In this document: positions 9,615 through 18,909 of the stretch, piece by piece
How positions within the stretch are numbered: the stretch's first letter is position 1
Layout: every line of letters starts with the position of its first letter
Assembly: GCF_029933015.1 (NCBI RefSeq)
Contig: NZ_JAOZOZ010000001.1
Coordinates: 23,444 to 57,515 of the forward strand
Source: Hydrogenimonas sp.
GTDB taxonomy: Bacteria > Campylobacterota > Campylobacteria > Campylobacterales > Hydrogenimonadaceae
Direction of reading: 5' to 3'
Length of the DNA stretch: 34,072 bases
Made by a program: the position numbers and the translations under genes
The notes under the pieces: model-generated
Database searches by the model: none
What the model was told of the DNA's origin: nothing
The model's input: the letters and a program-made list of their open reading frames with translations, nothing else

Positions 9615-11656
9615 TGGCCCGAGTGGTTTTTTCGACCTGGCGCGGTGAGTTCATCGACAACCGCGGCAAGCCCGAAGAGGAGTGGGTCGAGTCCGAATAC
9701 AAGCTTCCCGAGCGGTACGAAGCGGACCGCGACGCGAAAGCCTTCATCGGCTGGGACGGGTTCGCCGTGTTCGACGAAAGCATCGACGTCGTACGCCTGG
9801 GAACGGAGTACGCGCATACCTACCAGAAGTATTCGGAAGCTTGCGGCCGTTGTGCGCCGGGCCGATGGGGCGGTCGGATCCTCTACGACCTGATGGACAA
9901 GATCGCCCGCGGCGAAGGGGAAGTGAGCGATCTCGAGCATCTCAAAGAGGTGTCGCGTACCATGATGGAGACGAGCAAGTGTGAAATCGGCCGTACCGTG
10001 CCCAAGCCGCTGCTCGACATGATGGAGCACTACCACGACACCTTCATGGACCTGATCGAAAACAAGAAAAAGAGTCCCGACTACGACAAAGAGGATATCA
10101 GCTACATCGCGAAGGTCACCGCGCCCTGTATGGACGCCTGCCCGACCCATGTGGACATTCCCGCCTACATCGAGGGTGTGCGCGACCTGCGTTACGACGA
10201 TTCGCTCAAAGCGACCCGAAAATCGATGCCGCTGGCCCATACCTGCGGCCGTGTCTGTCCCCATCCCTGCGAGGACGAGTGCCGCCGCGCCAATCTGGAC
10301 GAGCCGATCTCGATCATGGAGCTCAAACGCATCGGCGCAGACTACGAAACCGATCGCGGTTTCGAGTGGCTTCATCCCGAAGAGCCCGCGAAGGAGAAGA
10401 CGGACAAGCGTGTCGCGATCGTCGGAGCGGGTCCCGCGGGACTGACCGCCGCCTACTATCTGGGGGTCAGAGGCATCCAGTGCGACGTCTACGAGGAGCT
10501 TCCGGTGCTCGGCGGCGAGGTGGCCGTGGGCGTTCCCCAGTACCGCATGCCGATCGAGAAGTACAACAAGGATATCGAACTGGCCAAGAGCGTCGGCACC
10601 AACTTCATCATGAACACCAAAGTCGACGCCGAGATGCTTCGGAAGTTCGACAAGGAGTACGACGCGACGCTGCTGGCTTTCGGAACGCGCCTCTCCAAAA
10701 AGGTGCGCGCCAAGAACGAGCGCGATGATATGCCCGGTTACTGGGGCGCGATCAACTTCCTCGACTGTGTCAATCTCTGGGTCAAGTACGGCATTCCGAT
10801 TCCCCAGGAGGTACGCGAGCAGCAGATGCTCGACAAGGAGTACGTCGACCTGACGGGCAAGACCGTGGTCTGTGTCGGCGGCGGCTTCACCTCGATGGAC
10901 GTCGTGCGCTGTTCGATCCGCTGCAACGCCGACAAGGTGATCATGCTCTACCGCCGGGACGAGAAGACGATCATCCGAAACACGACCTACGAAGAGTACC
11001 ACGAGGCGGTGGAAGAGGGTGTCGAGTTCATCTTCCACTCCGCTGTCGAGGAGATCATCGAAGACGAGAACGGACGCCTCAAGGCACTCAAGGTCAACCG
11101 TTTCGAACTGGTCCCCGATCCGGGCGGCGGACGTCCGCAGCTGGTGAAGATCGAGGGCGCCGATTTCGAGATCGAGTGCGACTATCTGATCCCCGCCGTC
11201 AGCCAGGCGGCCGATCTGGGCCTCCTGCCCGAAGAGTGGGAGCTGGAGCTCACCAGCTGGGGCACTCTCAAGACCAACGGACGCGACTACATGACGAGCC
11301 GCAAGGGGCTCTTCGCCGCCGGCGACTGCGAATACGGTCCGATGACGATCGTCAACGCCGTCGGACAGGCGCGCCGCGCCGCGTCGGTCATTTCGCGGTT
11401 CGTCCATACCGGCGAGATCACCCTGACCGACGAGGAGATCATGGAAGACCATCTGCGCCGACTCCGTGTCTACGACAAGAAGGAGAAGGTGACGGGATGG
11501 CTTCCGGGACTGCCCAGACAGGTGAGCGAGAAGCTCGGCGTCGACGAGCGGAAGTACAACAACCGCGAAGTCAATCTGGGATTCACCCAGGAAGAGGCGA
11601 TCGCCGAGGCGGAACGCTGTATGCGGTGCTACTACATCGCGATGACGGCTGTATAA
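9614..11656 (+). CDS. SfrB-like FAD/Fe-S NAD(P)H oxidoreductase (NuoF C-terminal Fe-S domain + GltD/NfnL-family flavoprotein)
   Basis: VVFSTW..DNR, AFIGWDG, CGRCAPG..KC; APCMDACP, CGRVCPHPCEDEC; FAD GAGPAG and AAGD; GGGFTSMD and YRR; C-terminal EAERCMRC. GTG start overlaps the nuoX stop. Confidence 0.85.
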   Translation: MARVVFSTWRGEFIDNRGKPEEEWVESEYKLPERYEADRDAKAFIGWDGFAVFDESIDVVRLGTEYAHTYQKYSEACGRCAPGRWGGRILYDLMDKIARGEGEVSDLEHLKEVSRTMMETSKCEIGRTVPKPLLDMMEHYHDTFMDLIENKKKSPDYDKEDISYIAKVTAPCMDACPTHVDIPAYIEGVRDLRYDDSLKATRKSMPLAHTCGRVCPHPCEDECRRANLDEPISIMELKRIGADYETDRGFEWLHPEEPAKEKTDKRVAIVGAGPAGLTAAYYLGVRGIQCDVYEELPVLGGEVAVGVPQYRMPIEKYNKDIELAKSVGTNFIMNTKVDAEMLRKFDKEYDATLLAFGTRLSKKVRAKNERDDMPGYWGAINFLDCVNLWVKYGIPIPQEVREQQMLDKEYVDLTGKTVVCVGGGFTSMDVVRCSIRCNADKVIMLYRRDEKTIIRNTTYEEYHEAVEEGVEFIFHSAVEEIIEDENGRLKALKVNRFELVPDPGGGRPQLVKIEGADFEIECDYLIPAVSQAADLGLLPEEWELELTSWGTLKTNGRDYMTSRKGLFAAGDCEYGPMTIVNAVGQARRAASVISRFVHTGEITLTDEEIMEDHLRRLRVYDKKEKVTGWLPGLPRQVSEKLGVDERKYNNREVNLGFTQEEAIAEAERCMRCYYIAMTAV

Positions 11657-11666
11657 GGATGGGCGG

Positions 11667-13934
11667 ATGATTACATTGACCATTGACGGACGAAAAGTCG
11701 AAGCGAAGAAGGGTGAGACGATCCTGCAGGCGGCACGCCGGGCAGGACTCTACATCCCGACGATGTGTTATTTGACCAAAGTGAAGCCGATCGCCTCCTG
11801 CCGCCTCTGCGTCGTGGAGGTTGAAGGCGCCGACGGCTTCATCCTCAGCTGCCAGGCCCCCGCACTGGACGGAATGGAGGTACGGACCAACTCCCCCGAA
11901 CTCTTCTCCCACCGCCAGAACATCATGAAACTCTACGATGTCAACCACCCGCTCGAGTGCGGCGTGTGCGACAAGAGCGGTGCCTGCGACCTGCAGAACA
12001 AGACGCTGGAGTTCGGTGTCGACACCCAGGAGTTTTCGGCCCGTGATCACAAGCGCGACCTGCGGAAGTGGCAGTTCATCGGATACGACGAATCGCTCTG
12101 CATTCTCTGTGAGAAGTGTGTCCATGTCTGTAACGAAGTGATCGGCGACGACGCCATCGAGATCCACTACGGCGGATACAACTCCCGGATCCAGCCGAAA
12201 GGGACGGAAGAGCTGGAGTGTACCAACTGCGGCGAGTGTATCGCGGTCTGCCCGGTCGGCGCGATGATCAGCACCGATTTCCAGTACAAGGCAAACGCCT
12301 GGGAGCTGGAGAAGATCCCCGCGACGTGCGCCCACTGCAGCGCAGGCTGCGCCCTCAACTACGAGCGGAAATACGAAGGGGCGCTGGAGAAGAACGAACC
12401 GAAGATCTACCGCGTCACCAACGAGTTCGAATTCTCGACCCTCTGCGGGGCGGGACGATTCGGGTACGATTTCGAAAACCGTGTGGCGGGCAGGGACGAA
12501 GCGGCTTTCAAGAAGGCGCTGGAAGCCTTCCGAAAAGCCGATACGATCCGTTTCACGAGCCGCATCACCAACGAAGAGGCGATGATTCTCCAGAGATTGA
12601 AGGAAAAATACGGATACAGACTCGTCAACAAAGATGCGGGAAACTATCGGAAATTCCTCGAAGCGTATGCGACGATGAGCGGCAAGAGCCTCTTCAACGG
12701 CTCGCTCGAATCTCTGGCGGACGCCGACGGTATCATCGTACTGGGGACCCGCATCCTGACGGACAATCCGGCGGTGCGCTACCACATCACGATGGCATCC
12801 AAACGCCACAACGCGCGGGTCGTCTACATGCATCCGATGGAAGACGAAGAGATGAAAAACGTCGTGACCCAGTTCGTCAAGTACGAAGTGGGCACGGAAG
12901 AGGGCGTGCTGGCGCTGCTGGCGAAAACGATGCTCGAGGGTAAAATCGACGTCAAGAAGATCGAGGGTTTTCTCAAGGATCTCGACGAGGGGTATCTGAG
13001 TGCCGAAAGCAACGTCGGCGAAGAGGAGCTCGAAGCGGTCAAAACTTCGCTGGCACGCTGCAGGCGGATCGCGCTGGTGGTGGGAGAAGACTGCATCAAC
13101 CACCCCAGAGCCACGCAGATCGCGCGTCTGGCGGCTCTGTTCGAGAGATTCGGCGGCATCTCGGTCCTTCCGGTGGCGCCGAAAACGAACTCGCTGGGCG
13201 TCGCCCTGATCTGCGACCTCGACGATGAGTCCGAAGGATATACGATCGGCTACAACACCCCGGGTGATTTCGTCCTGAGTTCACTGGGAGAGGGCGATCT
13301 GGATATGCCGGCGCTCAACCAGCAGGAGGGTACCTTCACGACGCTGAACAAACGGGTCGTGCCGACGAACGTGGCGCTTCCTTTCAAAGGGTATGTGCTC
13401 AACGACATCGCCAACGCCCTGGGTGTAGAGGCGGAGTTCACGATCGACTATACCGAAAGACTGCCGAAAGAGAAGGGGTTCGAAGCGGTTCGCTTCGACG
13501 ATATCCCCTACTATTTCAGCAACAGCGAAGGAGAGGTCAGAGGCTACGAGCTCAGACGGCTCAAGCACGGCGTCGATTCGTCGCTGGAGGATATCGCGGA
13601 GCTTCCGGAATTCAACGGTCCGATCCTCTACCGTTGTGATCCGGTGCTGCAGTTCGGTCCGCAGACCTACCGCGCTTCCCAGCTCGAGGGCGAAGAGCCG
13701 GTACTCTACGGTGCGCAGCAGTTCGCCGTCGCGGCGAAGCTGCAGGAGGGGATGCGGGTGAGAGTCAACGTCGGAGGCGTCGAAATGGAGAGAGTGTTTA
13801 AAATCGACCCAACGCTGAAAGGTACGATCGCCCTCAATCCAACCTTTGACTTGGGATTAAGTGAAGATTTGTTATCTTCAAATTATCGATACAGTCAAAG
13901 CAAAATAGAAGTAGTGGGACAAGCCAATGAGTGA
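11667..13934 (+). CDS. nuoG: NuoG paralog 1 (SfrA-position Fe-S protein, 755 aa)
   Basis: [2Fe-2S] CY..CRLC..SC; HPLECGVCDKSGAC; CILCEKCVHVC and CTNCGECIAVCP; CAHCSAGC..LC; molybdopterin-oxidoreductase-like body. Confidence 0.88.
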   Translation: MITLTIDGRKVEAKKGETILQAARRAGLYIPTMCYLTKVKPIASCRLCVVEVEGADGFILSCQAPALDGMEVRTNSPELFSHRQNIMKLYDVNHPLECGVCDKSGACDLQNKTLEFGVDTQEFSARDHKRDLRKWQFIGYDESLCILCEKCVHVCNEVIGDDAIEIHYGGYNSRIQPKGTEELECTNCGECIAVCPVGAMISTDFQYKANAWELEKIPATCAHCSAGCALNYERKYEGALEKNEPKIYRVTNEFEFSTLCGAGRFGYDFENRVAGRDEAAFKKALEAFRKADTIRFTSRITNEEAMILQRLKEKYGYRLVNKDAGNYRKFLEAYATMSGKSLFNGSLESLADADGIIVLGTRILTDNPAVRYHITMASKRHNARVVYMHPMEDEEMKNVVTQFVKYEVGTEEGVLALLAKTMLEGKIDVKKIEGFLKDLDEGYLSAESNVGEEELEAVKTSLARCRRIALVVGEDCINHPRATQIARLAALFERFGGISVLPVAPKTNSLGVALICDLDDESEGYTIGYNTPGDFVLSSLGEGDLDMPALNQQEGTFTTLNKRVVPTNVALPFKGYVLNDIANALGVEAEFTIDYTERLPKEKGFEAVRFDDIPYYFSNSEGEVRGYELRRLKHGVDSSLEDIAELPEFNGPILYRCDPVLQFGPQTYRASQLEGEEPVLYGAQQFAVAAKLQEGMRVRVNVGGVEMERVFKIDPTLKGTIALNPTFDLGLSEDLLSSNYRYSQSKIEVVGQANE

Positions 13935-16413
13935 TATTACGATCAAAATAGACGGGAAAGAGTGCAAAGCGAAAGAGGGTGAATATATCCTCAACATTGC
14001 ACGTGCCAACGGCATATTCATTCCTGCCATCTGCTACCTGACGCGCTGCAGCCCTACGCTGGCCTGCCGTATCTGTCTGGTGGAGGCCGACGGCAAACAG
14101 GTCTACGCCTGTAACGCCAAAGCCAAGGATGGCATGGAGATCACGACGCTGACGGAAAACATTGCGGCGGAGCGTCGTGCGATCATGGAGGTCTACGATG
14201 TCAACCACCCGCTTCAGTGCGGTGTCTGCGACCAGTCGGGCGAGTGCGAACTGCAGAACTACACCCTCGAGATGGGTGTGGATGCACAGCACTACGCCAT
14301 CAAGGACGTACAGAGGGAGTCGAAGGACTGGGGTCTGATCCATTACGATCCGGGTCTTTGTATCGTCTGCGAGCGTTGTGTGACGGTCTGTAAGGACATG
14401 ATCGGCGATGCGGCCCTCAAAACGGTTCCGCGGGGAGGCGAGGCGCTGGACAAAGAGCTGAAAAACAGTATGCCCAAAGACGCTTACGCGATGTGGAACA
14501 AACTGAACAAATCGCTGATCGGTCCGACGACGGGCGAGACGCTCGAATGTACCGACTGCGGCGAATGTATCGCCGTCTGTCCGGTCGGCGCGCTGGTCAG
14601 CAGCGACTTCCAGTATACCTCCAACGCCTGGGAACTGACATCCATACCCGCCGCCTGTGCCCACTGTAGCGCCGCCTGTCATCTCTACTACGATGTCAAG
14701 CACACCAGTATCGACAATCCGGAACCGAAGATCTACCGTGTCAAGAACGAGTGGAACTACGTCTCCCTCTGCGGGGCGGGACGTTTCGGTTACGATTTCG
14801 AAAACCGTGTCGAGGGGAAAGACGAAGCGGCCTTCGAAAGAGCGGTGGAAGCCTTCAAAAAAGCCGATACGATCCGTTTCTCCTCTACGATCACCAACGA
14901 AGAGGCGATGATCCTGCAGCGGCTGAAAGAGAAGTACGGTTACAGACTTCTCAACGACGAGGCGAAACGTTTCCAGAAGTTTTTGAAAGAGTTTTCGGCG
15001 GTTTCGGGACAGGCTCTCTGGAGTGGCGAGCTCGGCGACATTCATCGGAGCGACTTCGTCGTGAGTGTCGGTTCACAGCTCAAGAGCGACAATCCCCGCG
15101 CACGGTTTGCCTTCAACAATGCCATCAAGATGAACAAGGGGGCGGGCCTCTATTTCCATCCCGTCAAGGACCCCGTCGTCGAAGGTTTCGGAAAGAACCT
15201 GATCGCCGTGAACCACAAGCCGGGTCTCGAAGAGGCGGCACTCTATCTGATTCTCGATCTCTTCGGTGACAAGAAGACGCTCCCCAAAGATGTCGTCAAA
15301 TATCTGAATACTTTCCACAAGAAAGGGAAGAAGACGGTCGAAGAGACGATCAAGGAGAAAGTGGTCGAAAAAGTGACCAAAAAGGTCAAGGACGAGGAGA
15401 CCGGCGAAGAGAAAGAGGTCACCGAAGAGGTCACCAAGATGGTTCCCAAAAAGGTCAAGAAAGAGATCGAAGTGGAGCTCAACGGCCTTCTCGACATCCT
15501 GGGAGCACCGGAAGATTTCGACGACAGAATGGTCAAAATGCTTGCCAAAAAAGAGAAATTCTCGATCATTCTGGGCGAGGATCTCATCAACCATCCCAAG
15601 GCGGAAAACCTGGCGAAGCTGGCGGGACTCATCGAGCGGCACACGAACTTCAAAGTGGTCGTACTTCCTCCCAAAACCAACACATTGGGCGTCAGCCTCA
15701 TCTGCGACCTCGACGACGAAGCGGGTCAATACGTCGTCGGCTACAACGCGGAGGGTGATTTCGTCCTGAGCGCATCGGGCAAAGGGGACCTCGACATGCC
15801 TGCCATCAACCAGCAGGAGGGAACTTTCACCAACGTCGACAAGCGTGTCGTACCGACCTACGTCGCGCTTCCCTACAAGGGCTATCTGCTCAACGACATT
15901 GCGAACAGCCTGGGTGTCGAAGCCCGACTGACGGTCGACTATACGGCTGCCCTGCCGGAAGAGAAAGGGTTCAAGGCACTGAAATTCGACGATCTTCCGA
16001 ACCACTATACGAACAGGGGAGAAGAGATTCGTGGTTATCACCTTGAAAACAGAGAGGTGCCGGCCGACAAGAAGGTCAAAGTCGGAAAGATCGACAAAAA
16101 AGAAGCGATGGAAGGCGAGATCGCCTATCGCTGCAATCCGGTTCTCCAGTTCAACGAATTTACGCAGAAAGCGCATGAAATCGCGACGGACGCAAAACTC
16201 TACGTTTCGTCGGAAAAACTGGAGAAACTCGGTTTGAACGAAGGTGACACCGTGCGTGTGAAACTGCCCGCCGGCAGTGTGGAACTCGCCGTCGCGTCCG
16301 ACAAATTTATCGGCGGAGACATCGTCATGGTGCCGGATTTCGATCCGAGCATCGGAGCCGACAGACTCTTCTCAGTCAACCGATATCAAAACGTAACGAT
16401 AGAAAAGGTGTAA
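13927..16413 (+). CDS. nuoG: NuoG paralog 2 (Campylobacter/Helicobacter-like NuoG, 828 aa)
   Basis: Same five Fe-S motif sets, plus MPKDAYAMW insertion between the ferredoxin motifs and a K/E-rich insertion. Confidence 0.92.
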   Translation: MSDITIKIDGKECKAKEGEYILNIARANGIFIPAICYLTRCSPTLACRICLVEADGKQVYACNAKAKDGMEITTLTENIAAERRAIMEVYDVNHPLQCGVCDQSGECELQNYTLEMGVDAQHYAIKDVQRESKDWGLIHYDPGLCIVCERCVTVCKDMIGDAALKTVPRGGEALDKELKNSMPKDAYAMWNKLNKSLIGPTTGETLECTDCGECIAVCPVGALVSSDFQYTSNAWELTSIPAACAHCSAACHLYYDVKHTSIDNPEPKIYRVKNEWNYVSLCGAGRFGYDFENRVEGKDEAAFERAVEAFKKADTIRFSSTITNEEAMILQRLKEKYGYRLLNDEAKRFQKFLKEFSAVSGQALWSGELGDIHRSDFVVSVGSQLKSDNPRARFAFNNAIKMNKGAGLYFHPVKDPVVEGFGKNLIAVNHKPGLEEAALYLILDLFGDKKTLPKDVVKYLNTFHKKGKKTVEETIKEKVVEKVTKKVKDEETGEEKEVTEEVTKMVPKKVKKEIEVELNGLLDILGAPEDFDDRMVKMLAKKEKFSIILGEDLINHPKAENLAKLAGLIERHTNFKVVVLPPKTNTLGVSLICDLDDEAGQYVVGYNAEGDFVLSASGKGDLDMPAINQQEGTFTNVDKRVVPTYVALPYKGYLLNDIANSLGVEARLTVDYTAALPEEKGFKALKFDDLPNHYTNRGEEIRGYHLENREVPADKKVKVGKIDKKEAMEGEIAYRCNPVLQFNEFTQKAHEIATDAKLYVSSEKLEKLGLNEGDTVRVKLPAGSVELAVASDKFIGGDIVMVPDFDPSIGADRLFSVNRYQNVTIEKV

Positions 16414-16416
16414 GCC

Positions 16417-17412
16417 ATGACATTAACTGGATTTGTAATCGCCACGATCATCAAGATCGTGCTGGTACTGGCAGTCTTCTCGGCGCTTGCGGGATTCGGT
16501 ACCTACATCGAGCGTAAGGTACTGGCTTTCATGCAGAGACGTCTCGGTCCGATGCATGTCGGTCCCTACGGCATTCTGCAGGTGGCCGCCGACGGCCTCA
16601 AGCTCTTTACGAAAGAGGATATCATTCCCCAGAATTCGGTCAAGCCGATCTTCAGGATCGCGCCGATCATCGGAGCGGCGACAGCCTTCATCGCGCTGGC
16701 TGCGGTCCCGCTCTTCCCCGAGTTCGAAATGTTCGGAGTGACGATTCATCCGATCATCGCAGACATCAACGTCGGTGTGCTCTTTGTCCTCGGCGTCATG
16801 GCCAGCGGCCTTTTCGCTCCGCTTCTGGCGGGTATGGCGAGTGCGAACAAGTGGGGGCTTCTGGGTGCGGCACGTACCGCGATCCAGCTTCTGAGCTACG
16901 AGGTGGTGACGGGTCTTAGTATCCTGGCGCCTCTTATGATGGTCGGCTCTCTTTCGCTGATCGACATCAACAACTATCAGGCAGGCGGATTCACCGACTG
17001 GATCGTATGGAGCCAGCCGGTGGCGTTCATCCTCTTCCTGATCGCCGGTTTCGCGGAAACGAACCGTACACCCTTCGACCTTCTCGAACACGAAGCGGAG
17101 ATCGTCGCGGGTTACGCCACGGAGTATTCCGGTATGCGATGGGGTATGTTCTTCATCGGTGAATACGCCAACATGATCACGCTGGCGTTTCTGGCGAGCC
17201 TGATCTTCCTGGGCGGATTCAACGACTGGGGATTCATTCCCGGAGGCCTGGCGATCGTTCTGAAGGTCTCCTTCCTCTTCTTCTTCTTCCTCTGGACACG
17301 GGCGGCGTGGCCGCATGTGAGACCGGATCAGTTGATGTGGCTCTGCTGGAAGGTTCTGATGCCGATCGCAGTAATAAACGTTGTCGTCACCGGCATCGTA
17401 TTGATGATGTAA
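16417..17412 (+). CDS. nuoH: NADH-quinone oxidoreductase subunit H
   Basis: [33 protein letters not shown]. Confidence 0.97.
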   Translation: MTLTGFVIATIIKIVLVLAVFSALAGFGTYIERKVLAFMQRRLGPMHVGPYGILQVAADGLKLFTKEDIIPQNSVKPIFRIAPIIGAATAFIALAAVPLFPEFEMFGVTIHPIIADINVGVLFVLGVMASGLFAPLLAGMASANKWGLLGAARTAIQLLSYEVVTGLSILAPLMMVGSLSLIDINNYQAGGFTDWIVWSQPVAFILFLIAGFAETNRTPFDLLEHEAEIVAGYATEYSGMRWGMFFIGEYANMITLAFLASLIFLGGFNDWGFIPGGLAIVLKVSFLFFFFLWTRAAWPHVRPDQLMWLCWKVLMPIAVINVVVTGIVLMM

Positions 17413-17422
17413 GGGGGAGAGT

Positions 17423-18037
17423 ATGAGTCTGGAACAGTTCAAAGATAGAAACGTCGCGCAAAATTACACGTTCATTCCGGTCGACGAACCGCCGGTCGAG
17501 CCGCTTGACAAATTCAAACAGGTCGTCAAACGCACCTTCAAGGGTGAGCTCTTCGTCGGTCTGTGGGTCGTCTTCCGGGAAATGGTGCGGTTCAATATCC
17601 ATACCGTCAAATATCCGATGGAGAAGCTTCCGATCTCCCCGCGCTACCGTGCGGTCCACAAGCTCTATAGACTTTTGGAGAGCGGCAACGAGCGGTGTAT
17701 CGGGTGTGGTCTTTGTGAAAAGATCTGTATCGCCAACTGTATTCGAATGGATACGCGATACGACGAAAACCAGCGCAAAGAGGTGACGGAGTATACGATC
17801 AACCTGGGGCGCTGCATCTTCTGCGGCTACTGCGCGGAAGTCTGCCCCGAGCTGGCGATCGTTCATGGACAGCGCTACGAAAACGCCAGCGAGCAGCGGG
17901 CACACTTCGTACTGCGTGACGATATCCTGACACCGCTCGATTTCCTGAAAGAGGGCAAGCAGGAAGAGTTCGACGGATTCGGTGCGGTCAGCCCGAACGC
18001 GGATGAGCGTATCAAGAAAACGCCGACGGCGTATTAA
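17423..18037 (+). CDS. nuoI: NADH-quinone oxidoreductase subunit I
   Basis: [11 protein letters not shown] and [12 protein letters not shown]. Confidence 0.96.
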   Translation: MSLEQFKDRNVAQNYTFIPVDEPPVEPLDKFKQVVKRTFKGELFVGLWVVFREMVRFNIHTVKYPMEKLPISPRYRAVHKLYRLLESGNERCIGCGLCEKICIANCIRMDTRYDENQRKEVTEYTINLGRCIFCGYCAEVCPELAIVHGQRYENASEQRAHFVLRDDILTPLDFLKEGKQEEFDGFGAVSPNADERIKKTPTAY

Positions 18038-18046
18038 GGATTGATG

Positions 18047-18601
18047 ATGTTTGAAGCAATAGCATTTTATCTCTTCAGCGCGGTCACCATCGCGATGTTC
18101 ACGATCACGGTGATGAGCAAGAACGCACTCTACGCCATGAGTGCGCTGGCTGCCGGGATGATCATGATTTCCGGGTTTTTCTTCCTGCTGGATGCCGATT
18201 TCCTCGGCGTCGTGCAGATCATCGTCTATACGGGCGCGGTCATGGCCCTCTACGCCTTCGGTATGATGTTCTTCGACACGACACGTGAAGTGAAGGAGAA
18301 CATCCGTGCACCGAAGCTGGTCTTTCTGCTCAGCGGCATGACGGCGCTGCTGCTTGTGATCGCCTTCGTCGCTCCGATCGTCTCCGATCACATCGAAGCC
18401 CTCTATCCGATGGTTGAAGGCGTACAGAATCCGCAGGCGGTCGGTGTCGTCCTCTTCACGAAATATCTGGTTCCCTTCGAAGTGGCCGCGGTGATGCTGC
18501 TGGTAGCTATGATCGCCGGTATCATTCTGGCGGGCAAGAAGATGGATGAGAGCCTGACGCTCAAGATCGACGACGAATTCCAAGAAAAGGGTGCACAATG
18601 A
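18047..18601 (+). CDS. nuoJ: NADH-quinone oxidoreductase subunit J
   Basis: QIIVYTGAV, LFTKYLVPFE; ATG 18047 best spaced from AAGGA (18044 alternative). Confidence 0.94.
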   Translation: MFEAIAFYLFSAVTIAMFTITVMSKNALYAMSALAAGMIMISGFFFLLDADFLGVVQIIVYTGAVMALYAFGMMFFDTTREVKENIRAPKLVFLLSGMTALLLVIAFVAPIVSDHIEALYPMVEGVQNPQAVGVVLFTKYLVPFEVAAVMLLVAMIAGIILAGKKMDESLTLKIDDEFQEKGAQ

Positions 18602-18900
18602 TTACGCTCAGTCACTACCTGATTCTCTCGGCGATACTCTTCAGTATCGGTCTGGTCGGTGTTTATCGCAGGAAGAACCTGCTGCTGCTGCTCTTTTCGA
18701 CGGAAATTCTGCTCAATGCCGTCAACATCGGTTTCGCGGCGATTTCCAAATTCTACGGCGATCTGACGGGACAGATGTTCGCATTTTTCATCGTCGCGGT
18801 GGCAGCGAGTGAGGTGGCGGTCGGGCTGGGCCTGATGATCGTCTGGTACAAGCGGCGCGGAACGCTTGATATTGATTCTATGCAGTCGATGCACGGGTAA
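18598..18900 (+). CDS. nuoK: NADH-quinone oxidoreductase subunit K
   Basis: EILLNAVN, VAASEVAVGL. Confidence 0.96.
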   Translation: MITLSHYLILSAILFSIGLVGVYRRKNLLLLLFSTEILLNAVNIGFAAISKFYGDLTGQMFAFFIVAVAASEVAVGLGLMIVWYKRRGTLDIDSMQSMHG

Positions 18901-18909
18901 AGGAAGCAC

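Noticed and set aside
9614-11656. Glutamate synthase small subunit
   Set aside because: No gltB in the window; extra NuoF-like domain, permuted Cys motif and coupling to nuo genes.
11667-16413. Formate dehydrogenase or [FeFe]-hydrogenase assignment for the NuoG-like genes
   Set aside because: No H-cluster motifs, no evident Mo-ligand Cys/Sec motif or in-frame TGA; both resemble each other and sit in the nuo context.
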